Part shown: piece after piece, positions 23,314-30,599 of the stretch
Numbering within the stretch: position 1 is the first letter of the stretch
Layout of the letters: the number at the start of each line of letters is the position of its first letter
DNA from: Escherichia phage 121Q
Sequence record: NC_025447.1
DNA length: 64,000 nt
Strand: one strand, 5' to 3'
Notes under the pieces: generated by a model
Told to the model about the DNA's origin: nothing
The model's database searches: none
Seen by the model: only the letters and a program-made list of their open reading frames with translations
Program-made: the position numbers and the translations under genes

Positions 23314-23898
23314 ATGCGTAACTATACTAAATTCATCCGTTCACTTCATGCAATGGAAACCAACAAAGAGATCCTTTCAGCTTGTCGGTTAGCTGGACTG
23401 GAGATCGTCGGTGCGGGTTCTTCCCGTATTGTATTCGCTTTAAATGATCGGTTAGTGATTAAGGTCGCGAATTGTGATGCGGGTGTAGAACAAAATGAAA
23501 CTGAATGTAAGGTATGGAATTTTTTAGATTATGACCGTCCGCACCTTAAACAGTTCTTTGCCAAGGTGCATATGCATTTATGCGATCCTGATAATCTGCT
23601 TATTGTTATGGATCGTTTGAGTACTGCAAGCAAAGGCAGTGTAAAGCACGTAACCGCATGTAATGAGTTAAAGTACAATATTAAACGTAACACTATTGAA
23701 CGCCATCACCATTTCGCTGATGCTCTCAATCACGTTGATGATACATTATCCACACTAACGATAAGAGATATCAGAAAACAGAATATCGGCCAGGATCGCA
23801 ACGGCTTGATTAAAGTACTTGATTACGGTTTAACCCGCAATATCTGGAATCAGTACTATAAAAAACGTGATGTTAACGCGATAACTATAACACGATAA
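23314..23898 (+). CDS. putative protein-kinase-like protein (194 aa)
   Basis: Motif order resembles a kinase core: Gly-rich loop GAGSSRIVF, lysine in LVIKVAN, catalytic-loop-like RDIRKQNIG, DFG-like DYG; start trimmed to ATG 23314 after SD CAAGGAGT. Confidence 0.4.
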   Translation: MRNYTKFIRSLHAMETNKEILSACRLAGLEIVGAGSSRIVFALNDRLVIKVANCDAGVEQNETECKVWNFLDYDRPHLKQFFAKVHMHLCDPDNLLIVMDRLSTASKGSVKHVTACNELKYNIKRNTIERHHHFADALNHVDDTLSTLTIRDIRKQNIGQDRNGLIKVLDYGLTRNIWNQYYKKRDVNAITITR

Positions 23899-23916
23899 AA
23901 AAGATTAAAAAAGGGA

Positions 23917-23945
23917 TTGACTCCAGTCAGTCCCTTTGCTATTAT
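23917..23945 (+). promoter_or_regulatory. promoter with embedded inverted repeat, driving box element
   Basis: TTGACT, 17-nt spacer, TATTAT. Confidence 0.5.
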
Positions 23946-23968
23946 ATATTCATTGAGAGATAACTCAC

Positions 23969-24000
23969 TGACCCATAGGGTGCGGAAGTGTATCTATTAT
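23969..24000 (+). repeat. 'CCCATAGGGTGCG' box element
   Basis: tgacccatagggtgcggaagtgtatctattat. Confidence 0.55.
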
Positions 24001-24039
24001 ATAAGTATTCAGTACTGAAAACTATTTTATAAAAAGTAC

Positions 24040-24067
24040 TTGCAAACTATCTCAATGAGCGTATAAT
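24040..24067 (+). promoter_or_regulatory. early-type promoter with leader hairpin
   Basis: TTGCAA, 16-nt spacer, TATAAT; hairpin ~24078-24098; the 23917-24067 cassette is near-identical to 16925-17085. Confidence 0.6.
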
Positions 24068-24122
24068 GTTTTATATCGAGAGGGGGAAATGGTTCTCCCT
24101 GGTACTAAAAGGAATCAAGACG

Positions 24123-24344
24123 ATGGCTACTATGACCTGCGTTCACGCTTCAAATCTTCTGAATGATGCAGCATTTAAAGCAGGTGAAGAATATCAATGC
24201 TATCGGGATGAAAATAAAAAAGTTTTCGTCGTTGATGCTAACGGTTTCCATATTGAATTGCAATCCGGTTTCACTGGCATTGATGGTAAATCTGTATGGG
24301 GCGTCCAGGACGATAACGGCACATATCATTTTAAACGTAATTAA
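24123..24344 (+). CDS. hypothetical protein (73 aa)
   Basis: Start trimmed to ATG 24123 after SD AAAAGGAAT. Confidence 0.6.
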   Translation: MATMTCVHASNLLNDAAFKAGEEYQCYRDENKKVFVVDANGFHIELQSGFTGIDGKSVWGVQDDNGTYHFKRN

Positions 24345-24345
24345 G

Positions 24346-24373
24346 TATTGACAAAGTATATCAGTACTGTATA
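24346..24373 (+). promoter_or_regulatory. early-type promoter with leader hairpin
   Basis: TTGACA, 16-nt spacer, TATAAT; hairpin 24387-24405. Confidence 0.65.
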
Positions 24374-24428
24374 ATAGTTTACATCAAGGGGAGAATAGTT
24401 CTCCCCACCAATAAAAGGAAACAAAATT

Positions 24429-24701
24429 ATGTCCAGCTACTCCGCTACTATGATTATTAAAGATATGAACGGTAATCCTACTTCTGCTGGTGGATCATTT
24501 GGTAACATTAATTTAGATGGGCGGTTATCAATTGAATCAGCCATCAATGCAGCGAAAGAAGTTTTTAAGAATGAATGTACTGTAAGCAAGCTGGATTATA
24601 TGGGCTTCGCTATCGAGAAAACTAATCGTTTTGTGGACTACAAAAAACCACTGATGATTGATACTAACCTGAAAGCAAACGAAGTGGAATACTTATTATG
24701 A
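24429..24701 (+). CDS. hypothetical protein (90 aa)
   Basis: SD AAAAGGAAA; ATG 24429. Confidence 0.65.
   Translation: MSSYSATMIIKDMNGNPTSAGGSFGNINLDGRLSIESAINAAKEVFKNECTVSKLDYMGFAIEKTNRFVDYKKPLMIDTNLKANEVEYLL
24485..24492 (+). other. Chi octamer GCTGGTGG (inside CDS)
   Basis: Exact match, codes SAGG. Confidence 0.55.
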
Positions 24702-24889
24702 CAGTAGAAGAAGTTAAAAAAGTACTGGCAGTACTACGCTATCATAATCATTGTAAGGTGAAGAATGATCCTGATTATCTTGATTCATCGCTGGAAGAGG
24801 ATACACTACAAGCAATAAGCCATATGCAAAAAATGCTTAAGCGTATGACCGAAAAGAACAGGCCGGACTATATCGGAAATAAAATTTAA
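24698..24889 (+). CDS. hypothetical protein (63 aa)
   Basis: ATGA coupling to upstream gene. Confidence 0.55.
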   Translation: MTVEEVKKVLAVLRYHNHCKVKNDPDYLDSSLEEDTLQAISHMQKMLKRMTEKNRPDYIGNKI

Positions 24890-24895
24890 AAAGTA

Positions 24896-24923
24896 CTTGC
24901 ATTGTAAGTAAAACAAAGTATAA
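24896..24923 (+). promoter_or_regulatory. early-type promoter with leader hairpin
   Basis: TTGCAT, 16-nt spacer, TATAAT; hairpin GGGGGAGATATCCTCCCCC 24934-24952. Confidence 0.6.
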
Positions 24924-24972
24924 TGTTTTACATAGGGGGAGATATCCTCCCCCACTAATAAGGAGTACTAAA

Positions 24973-25197
24973 ATGGCTAACTTTGATGAACTGATGCGGG
25001 AAGTAGCTACCCTGGCAGAAGAGAAGAAATCATTTGATTCTATCTATAACACCGCTTACAGTGATTCAGTACTGGCATGTACTCAGGATCAAAAAGATGA
25101 ACTGATCGCCACCTATCATGAAGCATGGAAGTATTACCGCCAATGGGAGAAAGAAGAAAGCGAGTCTACCATCAACGGCATCAATAATCTAATCTAA
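24973..25197 (+). CDS. hypothetical protein (74 aa)
   Basis: SD TAAGGAGT; MANFDELMREV. Confidence 0.65.
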   Translation: MANFDELMREVATLAEEKKSFDSIYNTAYSDSVLACTQDQKDELIATYHEAWKYYRQWEKEESESTINGINNLI

Positions 25198-25215
25198 AGT
25201 TTTATTTCAGTACTA

Positions 25216-25244
25216 TTGACAATGCGTGATAGTACTGATGTGAT
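25216..25244 (+). promoter_or_regulatory. promoter-like element (weak -10)
   Basis: TTGACA, ~17-nt spacer, TGTGAT. Confidence 0.35.
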
Positions 25245-25271
25245 AACTTTACTAACTAAAGGGGAAACATA

Positions 25272-25529
25272 ATGGAACAGTTCACACAATATCGGGTAAA
25301 TCCTCAAGCTATGGCCTACGTAGAAGACCATAAAACGTTACCAGTACTAACACCAATTAAAGGCCATATCTATCGTGCTATGCAGTGGAATAACGCCTAT
25401 AATGGCTATAAAGCGGTATCCGCTGCAATGTACTTAGGGGATGGCGAATGGTTTGATCCAAATAATCCTGGTGCACTCGATAGTACTGAAAAAATGACAT
25501 GGGCCGACTATATCGAAGATATCTCATAA
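25272..25529 (+). CDS. hypothetical protein (85 aa)
   Basis: SD AAAGGGGAAA; ATG 25272. Confidence 0.6.
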   Translation: MEQFTQYRVNPQAMAYVEDHKTLPVLTPIKGHIYRAMQWNNAYNGYKAVSAAMYLGDGEWFDPNNPGALDSTEKMTWADYIEDIS

Positions 25530-25536
25530 AAACTAT

Positions 25537-25564
25537 TTGACAGTACTACAAGATAATGTATAAT
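25537..25564 (+). promoter_or_regulatory. early-type promoter with leader hairpin
   Basis: TTGACA, 16-nt spacer, TATAAT; hairpin GCGGGGGAATAGTTCTCCCGC 25577-25597. Confidence 0.6.
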
Positions 25565-25617
25565 GTTTTACATAGAGCGGGGGAATAGTTCTCCCGCACC
25601 TTTAGGAGTAAAACATT

Positions 25618-25818
25618 ATGTCAATCGCTAACGAATTGGTTGCAGTACTGAATGAAGCAAAAGCCAACTGCATCGATGTACAGATCAAAGAGCTTGGCAA
25701 TGGCTTGATCGGCTGTACTTGTACAGTGCAAACGGCTACCGATTATCGGGAAGTGGAATCACTCGAATCACTGGTACGGTATATTAAAATCCTGGTAGAA
25801 GATTGGAGAATCATCTAA
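25618..25818 (+). CDS. hypothetical protein (66 aa)
   Basis: SD TTAGGAGT; ATG 25618. Confidence 0.65.
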   Translation: MSIANELVAVLNEAKANCIDVQIKELGNGLIGCTCTVQTATDYREVESLESLVRYIKILVEDWRII

Positions 25819-25840
25819 CAAAAAAGAATAAAAAAAGGGA

Positions 25841-25869
25841 TTGACTCCGGTCAGTCCCTTTGCTATTAT
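25841..25869 (+). promoter_or_regulatory. promoter with embedded inverted repeat, driving box element
   Basis: TTGACT, 17-nt spacer, TATTAT. Confidence 0.5.
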
Positions 25870-25887
25870 ATACGCATAGACAAAAAC

Positions 25888-25918
25888 TAGCCCACTGGGT
25901 GCAGAGAAGTATCTGTAA
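25888..25918 (+). repeat. 'CCCACTGGGTGCA' box element
   Basis: tagcccactgggtgcagagaagtatctgtaag. Confidence 0.5.
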
Positions 25919-25946
25919 GATAGTTAATAACGGTGAGTAACTATCT

Positions 25947-25954
25947 GCTGGTGG
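25947..25954 (+). other. Chi octamer GCTGGTGG
   Basis: Exact match, intergenic. Confidence 0.6.
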
Positions 25955-25991
25955 ATGTAATTCCAGTACTCAAAACTATTTCAAAAAAGTA

Positions 25992-26020
25992 TTGACAAAG
26001 TATAGCAGTACTGAGATAAT
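25992..26020 (+). promoter_or_regulatory. promoter-like element
   Basis: TTGACA, 16-nt spacer (aagtatagcagtactg), AGATAA/GATAAT. Confidence 0.45.
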
Positions 26021-26074
26021 GTATCTCGTAGGGCGGCAATAGTGCAGCCCACCTCCAAAAGAGCGAGATATAAA

Positions 26075-26290
26075 ATGGCGTTAACCAAACAAGAAATTAT
26101 CGACCGTATCAAAGAGTCAACTGGCTGGTATGTTGGGGACCGTTTAATTGTTAAAGTTCTCGATTATTCAAATAATCCTCTTGCACCGGAACCAGTGGCA
26201 TACAAATTATCCTGGATATCTGCGTTTAGCGGTAAGCGTGAAAGATGTGTGTACTATCCGAACACCGTCGGGCTACAGTTCTGTAAATAA
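26075..26290 (+). CDS. hypothetical protein (71 aa)
   Basis: Start trimmed to ATG 26075 after SD AAAAGAGCGAGA. Confidence 0.6.
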   Translation: MALTKQEIIDRIKESTGWYVGDRLIVKVLDYSNNPLAPEPVAYKLSWISAFSGKRERCVYYPNTVGLQFCK

Positions 26291-26308
26291 ATTTTAATAG
26301 AAAAAGTA

Positions 26309-26337
26309 TTGACAAAGTATATCAGTACTGCAATAAT
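26309..26337 (+). promoter_or_regulatory. promoter-like element
   Basis: TTGACA, 16-nt spacer, CAATAA; same architecture as 25992. Confidence 0.45.
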
Positions 26338-26390
26338 GTATCTCGTAGGGCGGCAATGGTGCGACGGCCCACAAAGTTAGGAGATTCAAA

Positions 26391-26717
26391 ATGAGTACTT
26401 CAATCGCTATCGTTAAAGCTTTCATCCGTACCAATTTCGACCGCATTACTGTTGATGGTAATGATCGGGAAGTAGAATACTCTTTCATTGTTGCACAAAC
26501 CGCAAACGGTGCACGCTATATCTTAAATGACAGTGAAGCTAACCACTACTTCTATAATAAAGGATTACACTACATCCCTAGCGAAGTAGTCTACACTAAG
26601 ATGAATAAGCTGGTAGACAAGATTAACGCTAAAGGTACTATCGATTTACAGTACTGGAGCGAAACCGAACCAGAATACGGATCACATCGTTACCTGAATC
26701 CAGGAATTAAAATGTAA
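26391..26717 (+). CDS. hypothetical protein (108 aa)
   Basis: SD TTAGGAGAT; ATG 26391. Confidence 0.65.
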   Translation: MSTSIAIVKAFIRTNFDRITVDGNDREVEYSFIVAQTANGARYILNDSEANHYFYNKGLHYIPSEVVYTKMNKLVDKINAKGTIDLQYWSETEPEYGSHRYLNPGIKM

Positions 26718-26724
26718 AAAGTAC

Positions 26725-26752
26725 TTGCATTGTACTTAGAATCAAGTATAAT
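26725..26752 (+). promoter_or_regulatory. early-type promoter with leader hairpin
   Basis: TTGCAT, 16-nt spacer, TATAAT; hairpin 26766-26786. Confidence 0.6.
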
Positions 26753-26806
26753 GTTTTACATAGAGAGGGGGAAATGGTTCTCCCTCCTAAATTAAGGAGT
26801 TTTATC

Positions 26807-27208
26807 ATGACCTTCTCAATCACTTCCTTCGCTGACGTTTTAGTACTGGCTCGGACTTTTGGTAAAGATGCACTGGAGTACGCTGTAAGTAATGGCACTC
26901 TCCAACCGGAACAATGCCGCATCATTGGAAACTGTAAACGTTGGGCGGTATCCAATACTATTGCACTAGAAAACTTCAACGATGGTAACAATGAGTATTC
27001 AGTTGATGCAGTATTCGAAGCCGTTGATCTTGGCGGTATCTATAACACTAACCTAAATGATGTGCGTATCGTTCGCACGGGGTTCGGTGCTTATGATGTA
27101 TCTATCCGTGAAGCTATGAACACCGGATACATTAGTAAGGACTTACTTGCTCACATCATGCAGCTATGGACGGAACGTAACGAAGCACGCACTATCTTAG
27201 GACTATAA
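26807..27208 (+). CDS. hypothetical protein (133 aa)
   Basis: Start trimmed to ATG 26807 after SD TTAAGGAGT. Confidence 0.65.
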   Translation: MTFSITSFADVLVLARTFGKDALEYAVSNGTLQPEQCRIIGNCKRWAVSNTIALENFNDGNNEYSVDAVFEAVDLGGIYNTNLNDVRIVRTGFGAYDVSIREAMNTGYISKDLLAHIMQLWTERNEARTILGL

Positions 27209-27276
27209 GCATTACACATCACCAAACATCATAGGCCGCTCTCTAGCGGCCTTAACTATATCAGGAGTACATACAT

Positions 27277-27486
27277 ATGTTCTATACAGTATACAGCGTT
27301 CTAGGTACTATTGCTGGCGTACATGATAACGTCGCTGATGCTATGCGTACAGTACTAACACAAGTCCCCCTCAAGCCTAAGACTGTTAAGCAGATGACAG
27401 CTAGACTTACCAGGGCTGGCGATGGCGTGGAAGTATGGCAGGACTACGGGGATACACAGATAATCGTTAGCGTAACGAAGGATTAA
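27277..27486 (+). CDS. hypothetical protein (69 aa)
   Basis: SD CAGGAGTA; preceded by hairpin GGCCGCTCTCTAGCGGCC. Confidence 0.6.
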   Translation: MFYTVYSVLGTIAGVHDNVADAMRTVLTQVPLKPKTVKQMTARLTRAGDGVEVWQDYGDTQIIVSVTKD

Positions 27487-27514
27487 TGCGTAAAGGGATC
27501 TAGTACTGATTCAG

Positions 27515-27580
27515 AAAAAAGTCAAGGCGTTTTTAAAATTATGCGTTAAAAAAATGCATAGGTAATCCCTTGACTTTTTT
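27515..27580. repeat. Long inverted repeat at the boundary between early region and array 2 (possible bidirectional terminator)
   Basis: aaaaaagtcaagg ...~40 nt... ccttgactttttt. Confidence 0.5.
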
Positions 27581-27677
27581 GAAATAAAAGGGATTGGACT
27601 ATGGCAAAATGCGTGGGGGGCTAAAGTGCGGGTAACCTTAGCGACTTCGATAAAGGGGTATTACGAATAAAATGTTA

Positions 27678-27707
27678 TTGACTTTTTATACAATTCATAT
27701 ATTATAT
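27678..27707 (+). promoter_or_regulatory. promoter-like element upstream of array 2
   Basis: TTGACT, 17-nt spacer, ATTATA. Confidence 0.4.
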
Positions 27708-27735
27708 GATTGATATTATTTTCAAGGGAGTCCCT

Positions 27736-27933
27736 ATGCGTATTTTAACTCAAGCAGAACACCACGAAAGACTTATCAATAACATGGCTATGATAATGTA
27801 TAAGTCACATGAACGTGGTATTGCCTATAAGCGTGAATTAATTATGGCACTATTCATTGGAACTAACTTTCAGGAAAGGTATGTCAAGGATTGGATTTGG
27901 TATTTAATTGAAGATGTAACGAGTAAACTATGA
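27736..27933 (+). CDS. family-2 small protein (~70 aa)
   Basis: Start trimmed to ATG 27736 after SD AGGGAG; core FIGTNFQERYV. Confidence 0.6.
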   Translation: MRILTQAEHHERLINNMAMIMYKSHERGIAYKRELIMALFIGTNFQERYVKDWIWYLIEDVTSKL

Positions 27934-28130
27934 AAATGCGTAAATTAACCGAAAAAGAATATCAAGCACTGTTACGTAAAAACTTCACAAAGATTTATAA
28001 TACAGACTCACACGTAGAACGAATGGAGTTATACCTTTTGATTACATTGGGAACTAACTATCAGGATGCATGGGTAACGAAATATGTGGATACATTGAAA
28101 AATGAAATTTTGTCCACGAGGAAACAATGA
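27930..28130 (+). CDS. family-2 small protein
   Basis: ATGA coupling; core LGTNYQDAWV. Confidence 0.65.
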   Translation: MKMRKLTEKEYQALLRKNFTKIYNTDSHVERMELYLLITLGTNYQDAWVTKYVDTLKNEILSTRKQ

Positions 28131-28336
28131 AAACTATAACACGAACCCAATCATTCGGACTTATCTTGTAATACATGGACTTAATGGTGGATATCAGCAA
28201 AGACCTGCCTAAAACTGCAATTGAAGTTGCAAGAGCAGAGATCCGCATGTTGGCTGTACTGAACACAAACCATCAGGAAGAGTATGTTGACGATTGGATT
28301 CGATTTTTAATAGAAGATATTAAGAGTAAACTATGA
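28127..28336 (+). pseudogene. family-2 member interrupted by in-frame TAA
   Basis: Family-like frame starts at ATG 28127 (MKTITRTQSFGLIL), hits TAA at 28169-28171, then continues in the same frame to a family C-terminus (...MLAVLNTNHQEEYVDDWIRFLIEDIKSKL). Confidence 0.45.
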
Positions 28337-28545
28337 TTATATTAACACCTGAAGAATATAAGAAACGTTTTAAATCTGTCCAGGCTGAAATATTACTTAT
28401 ATACCTTTCAAATGCAGATCTTAACTTATCAAGGGTAATGGAGAAGGATTTACTTATGGGTGCATTTTTGGATACAGACTTTCAGGAGTATTATGTAGGG
28501 GAATACTTTATTGCACTTCAGAACCACATTAAGAGTAAACTATGA
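28333..28545 (+). CDS. family-2 small protein
   Basis: ATGA coupling; core FLDTDFQEYYV. Confidence 0.65.
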   Translation: MIILTPEEYKKRFKSVQAEILLIYLSNADLNLSRVMEKDLLMGAFLDTDFQEYYVGEYFIALQNHIKSKL

Positions 28546-28757
28546 TTATTCTAGAAAAATCATATCAATATACTGAACGCATCGCTGCCAGACAACTTGA
28601 AATCCTCATAATATACGAAGATACTTCTGATTTAAACTTAGCTGAGGTATTGGAAAATGAAATACTTTTGGGTGCATTCTTGGGAACAGACTATCAGGAG
28701 TATTATGAGGAAAAGTATTTGTCATCTCTTGAGAAATACATCAGGAGCAAATTATGA
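28542..28757 (+). CDS. family-2 small protein
   Basis: Coupled; core FLGTDYQEYY. Confidence 0.65.
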   Translation: MIILEKSYQYTERIAARQLEILIIYEDTSDLNLAEVLENEILLGAFLGTDYQEYYEEKYLSSLEKYIRSKL

Positions 28758-28990
28758 AAGTCATTACTGACTTTGAATATAAGGCTCGCTCAGTGAGTGC
28801 AGCGAAGAAAGAGAACACCATCTACCTCACGATGCAAGACATAGAATGGGATAAAATTGAAGAGATGGTTGCTGAAGTATGGCTTGACGCGTTCATGGAT
28901 ACACAGTATCAAAATACGTTCATAGGTAAGTATCTAAATGTTATTATGAAGCACATAGAAAGGAAATCAGCAAATGCGTCACTTAAATGA
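28754..28990 (+). CDS. family-2 small protein
   Basis: Coupled; core FMDTQYQNTF. Confidence 0.6.
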   Translation: MKVITDFEYKARSVSAAKKENTIYLTMQDIEWDKIEEMVAEVWLDAFMDTQYQNTFIGKYLNVIMKHIERKSANASLK

Positions 28991-29231
28991 TGATGAATAT
29001 TCAAAAAGAGTCAAAAAACTTACTCCGAATGCAAGACTAATCTACGATGACGGTGAACTTTCATGGAACGAGATGAAAGTGAAAGTTCATGAGCTATGGT
29101 TGCTGTACTTTATTGGGACTCAATATCAAGAGAAATATTGCACAGACTTCATAGAACAACTAATGGAACTTATACAGGAAAAAGTAAATGAAAGCATCAT
29201 CGCAAAATATAAAAACTTTATCAAGCACTGA
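28974..29231 (+). CDS. family-2 small protein
   Basis: Core FIGTQYQEKY. Confidence 0.6.
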   Translation: MRHLNDDEYSKRVKKLTPNARLIYDDGELSWNEMKVKVHELWLLYFIGTQYQEKYCTDFIEQLMELIQEKVNESIIAKYKNFIKH

Positions 29232-29460
29232 GTATCAAACTGCCCTCTTCTCCCTTCTAAACACTCTCCGCACGAACAATAAACTTTATAATTCCCGTGA
29301 AGCTGATATCGTCAACGGTGATGTGTTTCTTATGAAATTTATAGGAACGAACTATCAAGAAATGTTTGTTCTACGATACATCTCTGCACTGAGAAATCAA
29401 GTTCAAGAAAAAACCCGCCAAGCCCAAAGAGAATGGAAGAGACAATGCAACAAAGACTAA
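29188..29460 (+). CDS. family-2 small protein (start uncertain)
   Basis: Core FIGTNYQEMFV; the 44-nt overlap with the upstream gene suggests a later start. Confidence 0.5.
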   Translation: MKASSQNIKTLSSTEYQTALFSLLNTLRTNNKLYNSREADIVNGDVFLMKFIGTNYQEMFVLRYISALRNQVQEKTRQAQREWKRQCNKD

Positions 29461-29696
29461 ATCACAAAATGTATTTTAAACTATTACAGAATCTGGGACA
29501 AAAACACTATGATACAGTATCTGAAATATTACCCTATGATATCATGCGTTTAATTCATAGTGAGGCAGAGATGCTTGTACTGATGACAGGCACTGATAAA
29601 ACAGCAATTACCAAATCTATAGATATGTTCATCGATGCACACTGCCAACACATTAGAACCGAGATATGGAGACGTGAGAATGAAAATCCTGACTGA
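29433..29696 (+). CDS. family-2 small protein (divergent)
   Basis: Core MTGTDKTAITK; array position. Confidence 0.5.
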   Translation: MEETMQQRLNHKMYFKLLQNLGQKHYDTVSEILPYDIMRLIHSEAEMLVLMTGTDKTAITKSIDMFIDAHCQHIRTEIWRRENENPD

Positions 29697-29895
29697 GCAT
29701 GAGTATTACAATAGGTTAAGAACTATACAAGGAAAAGTCTCGTGGACTTTTTTAGATAATTCTATTGCAGAAGCGGACCGATGTGTTATAATAGCTGAAA
29801 TGAAGCTATTACTCTTCATTGGGACAAACTATCAAAGTATCTACATAGACGCATGGTTAAGCAGCTTACGTCTGAAGTCGGTGAGTTTAAAATGA
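29680..29895 (+). CDS. family-2 small protein
   Basis: Start trimmed to ATG 29680 (MKILTEHEY); core FIGTNYQSIY. Confidence 0.6.
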   Translation: MKILTEHEYYNRLRTIQGKVSWTFLDNSIAEADRCVIIAEMKLLLFIGTNYQSIYIDAWLSSLRLKSVSLK

Positions 29896-30110
29896 GAAAA
29901 TTAATAGGTTTCGAATATGTTAAGCTTCTACAAACCTGTGGAATCAGAAGGAGAATGATTCAAAAGGATAAAAGAATTGCCGAAGAACGAAAGTATATAA
30001 TGATAACTGAACTTTATGTCTTAACACTCTTAGGCACAAACTATCAACACACTTATGTAGACCTATGGATCGATGCACTACAGAAAGAGGTTAAAAGTAA
30101 ATGCAAATGA
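29892..30110 (+). CDS. family-2 small protein
   Basis: Start trimmed to ATG 29892 (MRKLIGFEY); core LLGTNYQHTYV. Confidence 0.6.
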   Translation: MRKLIGFEYVKLLQTCGIRRRMIQKDKRIAEERKYIMITELYVLTLLGTNYQHTYVDLWIDALQKEVKSKCK

Positions 30111-30331
30111 TTATTTTAACTTACATTGAATATCAAAAACGTTTAAATGCATCCAGAGACATAAGGATTCAAATATTCAATAACAAAAGATTGAAGCCTG
30201 ATATCAGGAAAATCAAAATCATAGAAGCAGAGTTGTGCAACTTTCTAGGGACGAACTATCAGGCAGGTAAGGTAGAAAACTATCTTATAGAACTCATGAA
30301 TAGTATTGAAAATAAATGTAAGGGTAATTAA
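30101..30331 (+). CDS. family-2 small protein
   Basis: Core FLGTNYQAGKV. Confidence 0.6.
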   Translation: MQMIILTYIEYQKRLNASRDIRIQIFNNKRLKPDIRKIKIIEAELCNFLGTNYQAGKVENYLIELMNSIENKCKGN

Positions 30332-30332
30332 C

Positions 30333-30599
30333 ATGAAAATGATCAATTTAAGTAAAGATGAATATAACGAGCGACGTGCAAAAATCTCAACTAAACGCAC
30401 CGAAATCTATTACAGCGAAGAAATCAAACACGACAAGAAGATGATTATGATACGTGAGTTGATAATGGGTGCTATGCTAGGAACTAACTATCAAGAACAA
30501 GAGGTACAACTCGTATTAAATGAATTACTAATGGAAATCAGAGGTAAGCTGTACTTTCATCAAATGACCCGCCCACTAAGGTGTACTAGGAATGATTAA
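30333..30599 (+). CDS. family-2 small protein
   Basis: Start trimmed to ATG 30333; core MLGTNYQEQEV. Confidence 0.6.
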   Translation: MKMINLSKDEYNERRAKISTKRTEIYYSEEIKHDKKMIMIRELIMGAMLGTNYQEQEVQLVLNELLMEIRGKLYFHQMTRPLRCTRND

